IMG/VR virus record: IMGVR_UViG_3300009156_000005 | Location: 1-62,690 of that record | DNA from: a virus | Strand: one strand, 5' to 3' | DNA: 62,690 nucleotides | Shown: positions 23,594-33,830 of the stretch, one piece after another | Layout: each line of letters opens with the position of its first letter | How positions within the stretch are numbered: position 1 is the stretch's first letter | Program-made: the position numbers and the translations under genes | Notes under the pieces: generated by a model | The model's input: only the letters and a program-made list of their open reading frames with translations | What the model was told of the DNA's origin: nothing | Database searches by the model: none

Positions 23594-24223
23594 ATGGCCC
23601 GCCGTCGCAATGGCTTTCAACCCGCCACCCCCTACCCCGATGAGGATGAGCCGGAGATCGAGATCGACGCACCTTCCATCGAGCGCCAGGATGTCTATGA
23701 ATTGCCGCAGACCGACCTGCGCATTGACGCCAACAGCGTCACCATCACCCGCCTGGTTTTAACGCCTGAGCTTGTCGCCGTCGCCATCTATGAAGCGCGC
23801 GGGATGCTCAGCATTGCCGCCCGCAAACTTGGCACAACGGCGCGCACCGTCAAGGGCTTTGTAGACCGCGAAGAGTTATGTCGAGTGGCCTACGAAGAAG
23901 CCGACGAAATGCTGCTTGATTTTGTCGAGGCAAAGCTATACCAAAAGATTAAAGCCGGAGATATAGCCAGCATTATTTTTTACCTGCGCACCAAAGGCAA
24001 GCGCCGCGGTTATACCGAAAAGCTCAAGGACAACGACGAGAGCGATCCGGCCAACAAGCGTGCGCAATTGCAGGAATCAGAGGATAAGCAACGCGAGCTT
24101 GAAATGCGGCTGCAAGACATCAGCGGTCGCCTGGTCTGGACAATGCCAGGTGATGAAGATGAACCACAGCCAGCCTCACAAATAGACCTAGAGCCTGATG
24201 AGTACACAAGCACCGACGAGTGA
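23594..24223 (+). CDS. terS: Terminase small subunit
   Basis: HTH-like region IAARKLGTTARTVKGFV plus FYLRTKGKRRGY. It lies immediately upstream of, and overlaps, the large subunit gene. Confidence 0.6.
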   Translation: MARRRNGFQPATPYPDEDEPEIEIDAPSIERQDVYELPQTDLRIDANSVTITRLVLTPELVAVAIYEARGMLSIAARKLGTTARTVKGFVDREELCRVAYEEADEMLLDFVEAKLYQKIKAGDIASIIFYLRTKGKRRGYTEKLKDNDESDPANKRAQLQESEDKQRELEMRLQDISGRLVWTMPGDEDEPQPASQIDLEPDEYTSTDE

Positions 24224-25595
24224 AAGCATCCTCAACGAGCGGCTAAGGCAAGTCTTACCGCGCCAGGCGCACCCGATGAGCCTGGCCGAAAAGATTGCCA
24301 TGCTTGACGTGGAGCAACGCACCAAGATGCTCTATGAGATTGCGCCGACCGCCGAAGATATGGAGCGGTTGCTGTACACCTGGGCATTTTGGGCAAGGCC
24401 CAACCAGTTGGAGCCACAAGGCGCTTGGCAGACGTGGGCTGTCTTTTCCGGTCGTGGCTTTGGCAAGACAAGACTAGGGGCGGAAGCCTGTATCAAGCGG
24501 GCGCGGCATGGCCCCTTTTACCCGATTGCATTGGTCGGCCAAAGCAAAGGCGATGTGCGCGACACGATGGTCGAAGTCTTTGAGTCGAGCATCATCAAGA
24601 TCTCAAGCCCTGCCTTCATGCCCAAGCTGGAGACCAGCAAGCGGCGCGTGACCTGGCCCAACGGCATGATCGCCATTATGTACAGCGGCGATGAGCCAGA
24701 TCAGCTAAGAGGCCCGCAGCATGGCTTTGGTTGGCTGGATGAGTTAGCAAAATTCCAGTATCCGGATATTACTTGGGCAAATTTCAGCCTGGGGCTACGG
24801 CTTGGCCCGACCCCGCAAAGCATTATCACGACAACGCCAAGACCGATACCCATTATTAAAAAGCTCTTTGAAGATCAGCGCGTCACCAAGACCTTTGGCT
24901 CGACTTATGACAATGCCAGCAACTTACCGGCGACCTTTTTGGAAGAAATGCTGATCAGGTATGAAGGCACCAGGCTGGGCGGTCAAGAGTTGCACGGCAA
25001 GCTGATGGGCGATGTCGAAGGGGCGCTCTGGTCACGCGGCACACTCGACAAGCACAGGGTACTCAAGCTACCCCATATTGTGCGCATGATTATCGCAGTA
25101 GACCCAAGCGCCGGTGGCAACGGCGACTATGCCTCCGAGACCGGCATCATTGCGGCGGGCTTGGGCGATGACGGTCACGCCTATGTCTTGCAGGATTGCA
25201 CGGTCAATACCAACAAGCCGGAAGTGTGGGGAGCCGAAGTTGTCGCCGCCTATCACCGCTATGCCGCCGACTGTGTAGTCGCTGAGACCAACATGGGCGG
25301 TGAGATGGTGCGCTACACCTTGCAGACCATCGACCCCAATATGCCGGTCACCAAAGTCACGGCGTCACGCAACAAGCAAACCCGCGCCGAGCCGGTCTCC
25401 AGTCTGTACAGTCAAGGCAAGGTGCATCACTTGGGGCTGATGCCCAATCTCGAAGATGAGCTTTGTTCGTGGGTGCCTGGCGATGCCAGTCCGGATAGGT
25501 TGGATGCCTGTGTGTGGGCAATTACTGAACTTATCCTGAAAAACTCAAACAGCATGAGCCTGAATGAGCTTGCCGGTCTTTTCCAGTGGATCTAG
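24198..25595 (+). CDS. terL: Terminase large subunit
   Basis: Walker A-like FSGRGFGKT, Walker B GFGWLDE, and C-terminal nuclease-like IIAVDPS...VVAETN. Confidence 0.85.
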   Translation: MSTQAPTSESILNERLRQVLPRQAHPMSLAEKIAMLDVEQRTKMLYEIAPTAEDMERLLYTWAFWARPNQLEPQGAWQTWAVFSGRGFGKTRLGAEACIKRARHGPFYPIALVGQSKGDVRDTMVEVFESSIIKISSPAFMPKLETSKRRVTWPNGMIAIMYSGDEPDQLRGPQHGFGWLDELAKFQYPDITWANFSLGLRLGPTPQSIITTTPRPIPIIKKLFEDQRVTKTFGSTYDNASNLPATFLEEMLIRYEGTRLGGQELHGKLMGDVEGALWSRGTLDKHRVLKLPHIVRMIIAVDPSAGGNGDYASETGIIAAGLGDDGHAYVLQDCTVNTNKPEVWGAEVVAAYHRYAADCVVAETNMGGEMVRYTLQTIDPNMPVTKVTASRNKQTRAEPVSSLYSQGKVHHLGLMPNLEDELCSWVPGDASPDRLDACVWAITELILKNSNSMSLNELAGLFQWI

Positions 25596-25623
25596 TGGGC
25601 ATATCTAAACCAGGATCAGGGCT

Positions 25624-27207
25624 ATGAATAACTGGCTAGGGAGAGTATCAATGGCAACCAGCGCGGGCATGATGACCTTTCGGCGCGTCTACAACGACCC
25701 GCAAAGTTTCCTCTACAAGCAGAACTATGAAAACTGGAGTAGCAGATACTCACTGCTGTGGAGCTACTATCTCAACAGCGCCTTTGAGGACATGCTTTTT
25801 TGGAGCCTCTATCGCTCGCACAACCGCCTCTACAGGTTCACCCGCAGCATCTACAACCCGACCCGCCGTTTGGTAGATTTCTATGTCGGCACCATCTATC
25901 CAGGTGTCCTGACCGCCGATGCCAAACGCTTTGAAGATGGTACTGTCATTGCTATCCCCTTTGCCGAAGATACCAACTCTGCACTTATCAAGGCAATCGC
26001 AAGCCTGTGGAAGTGGTCGAACTGGCAGATCGGCAAGAACCTGATGGTACGCTATGCGGCTTGCCTGGGCGAGTGCCTGGTCGAAGTGGTGGACGATGTG
26101 GACAACCAGCACATCGAGTTTGAAGTGCAGCACCCAGGCCGTGTCTTTGACCTCAAGCTAGACTTTCGCGGCAACGTCAAAGCCTACACCATCGAGTATG
26201 ACTTTGAGGAAGAAAGCCCCACCCAAAAAGGCGTCATTCAAACCCATAGGTTCAAAAAGACCGTAGACCAAGACGCCATCCAGTTCTTCCGTGATGATGT
26301 GCCGCACTCCTATGGCGGTGAGCAAGTTTCGTATGACAACCCCTACGGCTTTGTACCGGCGGTCTGGATCAAGCACGTCGATGTCGGCACGGCGCACGGC
26401 GAACCGGCCATGCGCAATATGAATAAATTTGACGAGCTAAATTCACTGGCCTCGCACGTCGTAGACCAAGCGCATAGAGTCCTCGAAGCGCCGCTGCTCA
26501 TCTCCGGCGACAACATCCAGCCTTTTAATCCGGAGCAACCGCCCGACGGCGCACAGGTCACCGGCGCACGACCGGATGCCGGTCGCGGCAACATCCCCAT
26601 GATCAAAGCCACCATCGGAGCCAGGATTGACGCCGTGCAACCGCCACAAGGCGAGTCGATGACCAACATTGACCACATGCTTGATGAGATTGAGAAAGAC
26701 CATCCGGAATTAACCATGTACCACGAGATGCGCAAGATGAGCCAGGTCACCGGCCCTGCCGTCTCCAGGCTCTTTGGCGATGTGGACATCAGCGTCAGTG
26801 AAGCCAGGGGCAACTATGACACGCAGATGGTCAAGCTGCACCAGATGGGCATTGCCATCGGCGGCTACCGCTACAACTCCGGCGATTGGGGCGACACATC
26901 AGACTTGCCGGATGACCGCCTGGTCTTTGCCCCCTTTGACTTGGAGAGCTATGAACAAGGCGACCTTGATTTTGAGATTGCCTCACGGCCACTGGTGCCG
27001 CTCGGACAGTGGGAGACGATCCAGGCCCGCCGCGCCGAAGTCGCCCTTGAGCGCGAAGAGCTTATGTTGGAAGCGACCAAAGCCAACCCGCTCGGTGTCG
27101 GCGCTCCCGAAGGCGCACAGGCCAACCAGATCGGCCAACGGCTTCGCATGAGAAGCGCAACCGAAGGCGCGTTGCAGACGAGCAACCCGCCCACTGCGCC
27201 CGCTTAA
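25624..27207 (+). CDS. Portal protein
   Basis: 527-aa ORF directly after terL and before the head morphogenesis gene. Confidence 0.65.
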   Translation: MNNWLGRVSMATSAGMMTFRRVYNDPQSFLYKQNYENWSSRYSLLWSYYLNSAFEDMLFWSLYRSHNRLYRFTRSIYNPTRRLVDFYVGTIYPGVLTADAKRFEDGTVIAIPFAEDTNSALIKAIASLWKWSNWQIGKNLMVRYAACLGECLVEVVDDVDNQHIEFEVQHPGRVFDLKLDFRGNVKAYTIEYDFEEESPTQKGVIQTHRFKKTVDQDAIQFFRDDVPHSYGGEQVSYDNPYGFVPAVWIKHVDVGTAHGEPAMRNMNKFDELNSLASHVVDQAHRVLEAPLLISGDNIQPFNPEQPPDGAQVTGARPDAGRGNIPMIKATIGARIDAVQPPQGESMTNIDHMLDEIEKDHPELTMYHEMRKMSQVTGPAVSRLFGDVDISVSEARGNYDTQMVKLHQMGIAIGGYRYNSGDWGDTSDLPDDRLVFAPFDLESYEQGDLDFEIASRPLVPLGQWETIQARRAEVALEREELMLEATKANPLGVGAPEGAQANQIGQRLRMRSATEGALQTSNPPTAPA

Positions 27208-27280
27208 TATGATTTTTATGTGGCCTCAAAATGATGACATTTAGCAAAATTTGACAAGACAAGTATTTCAAGGAAAACTA

Positions 27281-28069
27281 ATGCTAACCGAACAGGAAAT
27301 TGAAGAGTTGATTCAGTTGCTTGTACGGCTCATCCTCGAAGGTTCACTCAGCGAAGATGAAGCGAACGCCATCTTAGATGAAGTTCGCTCCAGCGGGAAG
27401 TTGCCCGAAGGATTCCAGTTACCGCTCCCTTTGGAGTTGGCAATTCCCGAAGAGCTTTCCTCCCTTGTCACCAATTTTCTAACGCTCGAAGTCGGTACGC
27501 ACTACTCCATTGAAGCCGCCCAAACCAACTTTGAAAATCGCATTGATGAGATCACACGAGATCTGATCCGCGGCCAGATTACCCTTAAATCTTGGCAGGA
27601 GAAGTTCATCGACGCTCTCATTGAGTACCTCTCGACCGCAGCGGCGGCGGGAGCGCAGACTGACATCACCGGCACCCCAAGAGAAAATCCCGTTCTAGAA
27701 ATGGTGCGTGTCCAGCTTGCCTATTTGTCGCGCTTTGCCGACTCCTATGGACTTGGCATGATAAGCGCAGGGCAAGCCTTGAACCGTGGCGTGATGTATT
27801 CCGGTCAAGGGCGGGCTTTGTTTTATCAGCAAGAGGGAATATCCAATGCCGATGCCGGATGGGTGATTGATTACATCGCCGTCGATGACCGCTACACCTG
27901 TGAACCCTGTCGCCAGGCCGAAGAGCGCGGGCCTTATTTGCCGGATGATGCGGCGGCTCCGCTGCCAGGAAGTGTCTGCTTGGGCCGTGGCTATTGCCGT
28001 TGTGTGCGGGCGCTCAGATATGACCCGCAGACCTACTTGCGCTTATCAGGCGTAGCAGTTACAGCCTAG
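27281..28069 (+). CDS. Head morphogenesis protein (Mu F / SPP1 gp7-like)
   Basis: DDRYTCEPCRQAEERGPY...GYCRC is the signature at the C-terminus. Confidence 0.65.
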   Translation: MLTEQEIEELIQLLVRLILEGSLSEDEANAILDEVRSSGKLPEGFQLPLPLELAIPEELSSLVTNFLTLEVGTHYSIEAAQTNFENRIDEITRDLIRGQITLKSWQEKFIDALIEYLSTAAAAGAQTDITGTPRENPVLEMVRVQLAYLSRFADSYGLGMISAGQALNRGVMYSGQGRALFYQQEGISNADAGWVIDYIAVDDRYTCEPCRQAEERGPYLPDDAAAPLPGSVCLGRGYCRCVRALRYDPQTYLRLSGVAVTA

Positions 28070-28130
28070 CAGTTATGGGCTAGCACTTGATATTCCAATC
28101 GAGTTATGTTATGTTGAGGGGAGAACTTCG

Positions 28131-28751
28131 ATGACAACCGCAAGCGATTTACCCGTTACCGACACTGCACAGGATGTGAAAGACGGTGACACAGCCCCAG
28201 GCGCGAAGCCTACCGCTCAGGATTCAGGCGAATCCAAAACCCACGACTACGATAGTTTGCCAGATTGGGCGCAGAAAGAGATCAAGCGCCTCAACAGTGA
28301 AGCACGCGAACGACGGCTCCAGGTCAGAGACCAGGAGAACGCCGCCAAGACGCAGCGCGAGCAATCCCTTGCTGAACAAGAGCAATGGAAAGTGCTGGCT
28401 GACGAGCGCCTCACTGAAATTAGCAAGCTAAAAAGTAGGGCAGAGCAGTTCGATGAGCTTTCCGTACTTTTTGACAAGCAATTTTCAGATGAAGTCAAAG
28501 AGTGGCCGAGTGAACTTTTGGAGATGGCTCCGGCGCAAGAAGCGCCGCTCACCCAAAGGCTGACTTGGTTGGAGAAGGCTCGACCGATGGCTAAGAAGTT
28601 GATGGCAAGCGCGCCAAGCGATACGGGTGCGCCACGTCAACCGGTCGGGGGTAATCGCCGCGGGCCTGAACCGTCCTCGCAATCACTGCGCACCCAATCA
28701 CCCTCACTTGCTGATGTTGGGCCACTCGTAGACGCAAAGAAGAAATTCTAA
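28131..28751 (+). CDS. Scaffolding protein
   Basis: Acidic coiled-coil protein of 206 aa, located between the head morphogenesis and capsid genes. Confidence 0.55.
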   Translation: MTTASDLPVTDTAQDVKDGDTAPGAKPTAQDSGESKTHDYDSLPDWAQKEIKRLNSEARERRLQVRDQENAAKTQREQSLAEQEQWKVLADERLTEISKLKSRAEQFDELSVLFDKQFSDEVKEWPSELLEMAPAQEAPLTQRLTWLEKARPMAKKLMASAPSDTGAPRQPVGGNRRGPEPSSQSLRTQSPSLADVGPLVDAKKKF

Positions 28752-28766
28752 CGTCTAGGAGGTAGC

Positions 28767-29174
28767 ATGGCTACTATTGCTGTACCAACCCCTTCGTTGA
28801 TCAATCCGACCAACGAGATGCCTTTTGTCCACCGTCAATTCTTGCCCGCCGCCACGATTGTGCAAGGGCAACTTTGTATTTGGAACGCCGCTCGCCAGAT
28901 TGTCCCGACCGGTGGCACCGCACCCGCCGCCGGAACCCAACTCGCCGGTGTTGCCCTACGCAGCGACCGCTTAGGTGGTCAACCGATCACCCTGCTGCAA
29001 CAGGGCTTCCTGTGGGGCTATGACATGACCGGTCGTGCTTTGTACGACAAGATTGGGGCCGGTATCAACGGTCTGTTGGACACGGCGGGCACGGTGATTA
29101 TCGGCATGGTCTTGCCCTTCGGTGCAGGTGGCGAACTCGCCGTCTGGATCGATGTGACAGTCACCTGGCGCTAA
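28767..29174 (+). CDS. Head decoration / DUF2190-like protein
   Basis: AGGAGG RBS. 135-aa Gly/Ala-rich beta-type protein located just before the capsid gene. Confidence 0.5.
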   Translation: MATIAVPTPSLINPTNEMPFVHRQFLPAATIVQGQLCIWNAARQIVPTGGTAPAAGTQLAGVALRSDRLGGQPITLLQQGFLWGYDMTGRALYDKIGAGINGLLDTAGTVIIGMVLPFGAGGELAVWIDVTVTWR

Positions 29175-29206
29175 TCTTTTCAAGACAAGGACAAGGGTGA
29201 GACATT

Positions 29207-30286
29207 ATGGCTGCAACTATTTACGGGATTCTTGGCCTACCGGATGCGCAACGCACGATCCAGTCCATCGGCCAAGTTGTCATTTACGATGCTATCCAGC
29301 AATTGCTGGCGCGCCACAACGCCGACTTAAATTCTGTGCTGGGCACCTTCGTCGGCAGCACAACCAGCACGCCGGAAGAGACCTATGCGGCTGGCGGTGG
29401 CGGGATGATGCAGGAGTCCGACCGCCTGACCCGACCGGCAGCGGTCAAGGCTGGGCAACGCTATACCGTGGGCTATCCCCTGCGCGATGCCCGCGACCAG
29501 ATTGCCGGTGACGATGTGACCTATGCCTATATGAGCCTGGCAGATTTACAGGTGCAGGTACAGAACATCTTCATGCGGCATATCAACTGGACAAGATTCA
29601 ACGTCCTCAAATCTTTTCTCAACAACGCCAACTATACTTTTGAAGATGAAACCCTCTCGCAGCGTTTGATTGCGGTCAAGCGATTCGCCAATCTCGACGG
29701 CACCATCTATCCGCCAACCATCCAAATGACGCTCGACGGTGCCGACGACCAACATTATCTTGTCGCCGGTTATTTGTCATCGGCCATCTCCAACGCCAAC
29801 AACCCCTTTGTTCCGATCCGCAATGAGATCAGAGAACACTTTGGCGACGGCAATGTGGTGGTCTTTATCAACTCGGCGCAACAGGCGGTGGTGGAAGCCC
29901 TGACCAACTTCATCGAGTATACCGACCCGATGATTGCGCAACCGGTTGACCAACCGCGCATTGTCGGCAGAGCGCCAAGCGATGTGCCAGGCACGATTAC
30001 CGGACGCATTAACAATTGCTGGGTAAGCGTATGGGATTTTGTACCGCCTGACTACATGGTCGCAACCGACTTGGATGCCGACCCGCCGCTACGCAAGCGC
30101 GTGGACGCGGTGCCGGTTGCCGGTTCGGGCAACCTGGCGCTGATCGCACGCCAACAAGAGTTCCCATTGGAAGAAGCCTTCTGGCGCTGTCGGCAGGGCT
30201 TTGGTGTTGCCAACCGTCTTAACGGTGTTGTCATGCAGTTTAAGGCATCGGGCAACTATGACATCCCTGCGGGCTATGCCCTCTAA
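29207..30286 (+). CDS. Major capsid protein
   Basis: 359 aa. The call rests on its position after scaffold and decoration genes and on the hairpin that follows it. Confidence 0.7.
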   Translation: MAATIYGILGLPDAQRTIQSIGQVVIYDAIQQLLARHNADLNSVLGTFVGSTTSTPEETYAAGGGGMMQESDRLTRPAAVKAGQRYTVGYPLRDARDQIAGDDVTYAYMSLADLQVQVQNIFMRHINWTRFNVLKSFLNNANYTFEDETLSQRLIAVKRFANLDGTIYPPTIQMTLDGADDQHYLVAGYLSSAISNANNPFVPIRNEIREHFGDGNVVVFINSAQQAVVEALTNFIEYTDPMIAQPVDQPRIVGRAPSDVPGTITGRINNCWVSVWDFVPPDYMVATDLDADPPLRKRVDAVPVAGSGNLALIARQQEFPLEEAFWRCRQGFGVANRLNGVVMQFKASGNYDIPAGYAL

Positions 30287-30422
30287 TCTTTCTCGCCGTT
30301 CCCCAGGAACGGGCATCCGTATCCTCTTTAGGATGTTGGGCATCTAGGAGCCATCGCACCGGTCATTTCGGGATGGGCGATGTGTGACTCCTAGACGCCC
30401 AACAAGTCGGGAGACCAAGACA

Positions 30423-30731
30423 ATGCCAACTGCGCAATCCGTAGCAATTCGAGAAGAGACGGCAATCGAGCGTGTCCGTCAAGCGGCTGTCACGCTCAAG
30501 CAAAGAACCGGCGCTGACTTCAAAGATGTGGATCTCAACTTCCGCATGGCACCGATTGAGCGCCAGGCTGTGACGCTGGAACAGGTTGCCGACATCTTGG
30601 AAAGCCTTGTCCTTGTCTTGCAAGATCCAGTGATGCTGGACGAAGCACCGGAAGCAGAAGAGAAGGAAGAGGCTGACAATGGCTCCACTGAGCAAGGCAA
30701 GCGCCGCCCAAATCCTCGACGTAAAACTTAA
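30423..30731 (+). CDS. Hypothetical head-associated protein (102 aa)
   Basis: ATG at 30423. The 3' end overlaps the next ORF by 53 nt. Confidence 0.45.
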   Translation: MPTAQSVAIREETAIERVRQAAVTLKQRTGADFKDVDLNFRMAPIERQAVTLEQVADILESLVLVLQDPVMLDEAPEAEEKEEADNGSTEQGKRRPNPRRKT

Positions 30732-31182
30732 ATATCTCGCCAATGAAGTCAAGCAATTGACCCATGCCGATGGGGTAGACGGCTATGGCATCGACCTGGA
30801 TGACGCCGCCCGCCGCATGAACATTGCTGACCCAATTGACCTGGCTACGCCTATCGAGCAAGCGACCTATCTGGTGATTGCCAGATGGTATGCGCTTGTC
30901 CGTTTCGCCGCGCTGCTGGCGACCAGAGTTGACACGGAAAGTTTTGCCGTCGAAGGCGACCGTGAAACGATCTTCACCAATGTCTTGGCCTTGATCCGGC
31001 AAGCGGTTGAAGAGGCGGCTGTCTATGGCTATGTCCTGCAAACCAGAGACGATGGGCAAATTGGTGTCGGTCTGACGCCGGTTGACCCGACCGGTGGCAA
31101 CCAGGCTTGGGAACGCACCTTCTTCGGCACCGACTATCTGAGCGGTTTCCCGCCTGGCTATCCGGTGTGGGACTGGAGCTAA
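30679..31182 (+). CDS. Putative head-tail connector protein
   Basis: Assigned by its position between the capsid and tail genes. Confidence 0.45.
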   Translation: MAPLSKASAAQILDVKLKYLANEVKQLTHADGVDGYGIDLDDAARRMNIADPIDLATPIEQATYLVIARWYALVRFAALLATRVDTESFAVEGDRETIFTNVLALIRQAVEEAAVYGYVLQTRDDGQIGVGLTPVDPTGGNQAWERTFFGTDYLSGFPPGYPVWDWS

Positions 31183-31185
31183 ACC

Positions 31186-31686
31186 ATGTCTTTGGCCTTG
31201 CCGCCGTCGCTCTGGACACTGCTCGATACCTACTTCTATAACCTAGTGCTGGCTTGGTGCGCCAAGTACAACGAGCTTGCCAATGCGCAGATTGTGATCG
31301 CTGACCAGTTTGACCCTGGCGCGGTCAAGATGCCTTTTATCCTGATCCGCGCCACCGAGCGCAAGATGGCCGAAGGCGAGCCGATGTTTGGCGATGGTGA
31401 ATATCACCTGGACGGCATCTACTATCCGTATGAGTTTGTCGTAACAAATTCATTTGAAGAGATGGCTGACGCCAAGACCTTTGCTTCTAATGCCAGTGCC
31501 GCGCTGACGGTTGAGCTTGCCCTAGACCCCTACATGGGGGGGCTTGCCGCGGCTGACGGTGAATATGTCAAGCAATTTGAATATGATGACGGCGAACTGT
31601 ATATCACCGGATTGGCCGGTCAAAAGCCGGAAGGCCGATACACCGGTGCCGCCTGTGTACGAATCCGCGTTCTAACGGAGAGGTAA
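31186..31686 (+). CDS. Putative head-tail joining protein
   Basis: Assigned by position. Confidence 0.45.
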   Translation: MSLALPPSLWTLLDTYFYNLVLAWCAKYNELANAQIVIADQFDPGAVKMPFILIRATERKMAEGEPMFGDGEYHLDGIYYPYEFVVTNSFEEMADAKTFASNASAALTVELALDPYMGGLAAADGEYVKQFEYDDGELYITGLAGQKPEGRYTGAACVRIRVLTER

Positions 31687-31692
31687 TAGATT

Positions 31693-32808
31693 ATGCCGAG
31701 TCCAAGTAGTCTGACCACGCGGCTTGCCTTTACTCCGCAAACTGTAAAGGGGACATACCCCACGACCAATGTACAGGCGACGCGGGCAATCAGCCTGGAG
31801 TCGGTTCCTGAGATGGAGTATGTCGAGAATGAAAATCACATGCTGGGTGTTCACGAGCGTTCGACCGCCGCCCAAAGTGTGCCGGAGCGGTCAAGCACGA
31901 GTGTACCCTTAGATTTTGAAGTCGGTGCCTATCCCTACAGCATGGCGCATTTGCTTTTTGGCATCGGCATGGTGCAAGGCGCGCCTGTCGTGGCGACCGG
32001 CGTCACCACGCATAAGTTTGTCAAGTCAACCGTAAGCGATGCGCCGTACATCACCAGTTATATCAGGATGGGGACAGGTGCCGGTAAGTTCTCGCGCCAG
32101 ATCCATGATTGCCGGTTGAGCCAACTTGTCCTGAGTTTGCAACGTGGGCAAGGCGTTCAGGCGCGTGGTGTTGGCATGGGCCTCAAAGAGACAATCATTG
32201 CCGACGGTGGTTATACGGTCAAAGCGGAAGCGGATACGGAGTTCATGCCGTTCTTGGGGGGCATGATATGGGACACGGCGACAGCCGGTTTCAGTGACTT
32301 TGACTTTGGTATCCCACGCGAGCATACCATCACCATCGACCGTGCCATCGAAATGGATGACCAATTGTTGCACACTTTCTGGCGAAATGACAACCAGGAA
32401 ATGAGCTTCGCCGTGCGCGGCGAAATCCGCGGTCTGGAATTGAGCCTGGCTTTTTACAATGAACTGCTCTATGGCGGTGTCGGTGTCGTGACCGGTGCCA
32501 GTCTGAGCGCCGCCACCGTCTTGACCGGTCTCACCATCGAGATGAATACCAACCGCCCGATTCCCAGCACGACCACACCCTTCAAATTCATCATCAACAT
32601 CCCCAAAGCCGAGATTCGCATTGGCCGTTTCCAAGCGCAGAACAACCAGATTATCCGCGCCGATGCCGCCTGGAAGATGATTGACGATGCCTTGACGCCG
32701 CCCATTCGCATAGAGCTTGCCAATGACATTGCCAGTTATCCGATCAGCACAGCGGGCTTTACCGCCGCCGGTGGTTCGGCCTGGACATTGCCCGATGCAA
32801 CTCCATAA
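31693..32808 (+). CDS. Putative major tail (tube) protein
   Basis: 371 aa, located immediately upstream of the frameshifting chaperone pair. Confidence 0.5.
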   Translation: MPSPSSLTTRLAFTPQTVKGTYPTTNVQATRAISLESVPEMEYVENENHMLGVHERSTAAQSVPERSSTSVPLDFEVGAYPYSMAHLLFGIGMVQGAPVVATGVTTHKFVKSTVSDAPYITSYIRMGTGAGKFSRQIHDCRLSQLVLSLQRGQGVQARGVGMGLKETIIADGGYTVKAEADTEFMPFLGGMIWDTATAGFSDFDFGIPREHTITIDRAIEMDDQLLHTFWRNDNQEMSFAVRGEIRGLELSLAFYNELLYGGVGVVTGASLSAATVLTGLTIEMNTNRPIPSTTTPFKFIINIPKAEIRIGRFQAQNNQIIRADAAWKMIDDALTPPIRIELANDIASYPISTAGFTAAGGSAWTLPDATP

Positions 32809-32860
32809 GTTTGTCGAGATAAATTCAGAGTCGCCCTAGTATGGGCACAGGAAAAGCAGC

Positions 32861-33502
32861 ATGTTGCTCACCAGCAGTGAAAGTGTCATTTGGAAGGTGC
32901 CCGCCCCAAGTTGGGCGCGGCGCAAGGTCAGAGAGTACAAGGCGCTCAGTGATGATGATGCCGGTGCGGAGCGCAAGGCGAGCCTGGCAAAAGAGCTACC
33001 GGAAATCAGCGAGTACCGGCTTACCTTTGGCACGGTAACGATAGCCGAAGAGATCAAGCGCGATGAGCTTTTGAAAACGGTACGTGACAGCTTTGAAGTG
33101 CAGCACGGCATCTCGCCTGGCGATTTTTCGATGTGGTTTCTCGACAAGTTCGTGCGCGAGCGTGAGCCGGAAGTCGAGTATGAGCAGGGCAAGAGCCTTG
33201 ACAAGTTTCAGGCGTTTACGCTCTGGCAGCACACACGAGACATGGCGGATTGGGCGACCTTCATGAGTTGCTTGAGCAAAGCCGAAGAGCGCAAGGTGAG
33301 CTTGCTCAACGGTTCGCAACCGGCCTGGCTGGAGATCCCGATACCGGCAGCGTGGTTGAGCCTAGATCAATTTCTCAAGCTCTTTCCACGCAAACTTTTA
33401 GAGGCTTGTGTCGAAGTCTGCAATGACCTTAATCCTGGTGTGTGGGAATTGCAGATGGACGATGAAGCAAAAAACTTCGGGGGCGTCAACGTGGCTACCT
33501 AG
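32861..33502 (+). CDS. Tail assembly chaperone (gpG-like, zero-frame product)
   Basis: Located upstream of the tape measure gene. It contains the slippery heptamer A-AAA-AAC 27 nt before its stop. Confidence 0.65.
   Translation: MLLTSSESVIWKVPAPSWARRKVREYKALSDDDAGAERKASLAKELPEISEYRLTFGTVTIAEEIKRDELLKTVRDSFEVQHGISPGDFSMWFLDKFVREREPEVEYEQGKSLDKFQAFTLWQHTRDMADWATFMSCLSKAEERKVSLLNGSQPAWLEIPIPAAWLSLDQFLKLFPRKLLEACVEVCNDLNPGVWELQMDDEAKNFGGVNVAT
33469..33475 (+). promoter_or_regulatory. -1 programmed ribosomal frameshift slippery site A AAA AAC
   Basis: The zero-frame codons are gcA AAA AAC. The -1 frame is open from 33466 to 33822. Confidence 0.65.
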
Positions 33503-33822
33503 AAGAGCTAGTTGACGCCCAACTTAAGTACGAAGATGACAGCGCCCGCCACAAGGCGCGCAACCAACTGATCACGCAAGCCGACCTCGACGCCAAAGAA
33601 CGAGAGGGGCTGTGCAACCCGATCAGCATTGACATCTACTACACATGGAAAAGTTTTGGCGGCGGCATGGGCGCAAGCCTCTCGCTGAGCGAGATCTTGA
33701 ACATGCCGACATGGTTGCGCAAAGACTTCAAATATATCCGCCGTCTCGAACATGAGATCCGTGATGACCGCGAAGCGTCGGCCTTGTGGTTTGCCGACCA
33801 AGCAGATGCGGCCAAGAAATAG
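33475..33822 (+). CDS. -1 frame extension of the tail chaperone (gpGT-like fusion, join 32861..33475 with 33475..33822)
   Basis: 115 sense codons with no initiator at the start. The sequence is protein-like (LRGRQRGYLEELVDAQLKYEDD...). Confidence 0.6.
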   Translation, partial: LRGRQRGYLEELVDAQLKYEDDSARHKARNQLITQADLDAKEREGLCNPISIDIYYTWKSFGGGMGASLSLSEILNMPTWLRKDFKYIRRLEHEIRDDREASALWFADQADAAKK

Positions 33823-33830
33823 GAGCGCCG

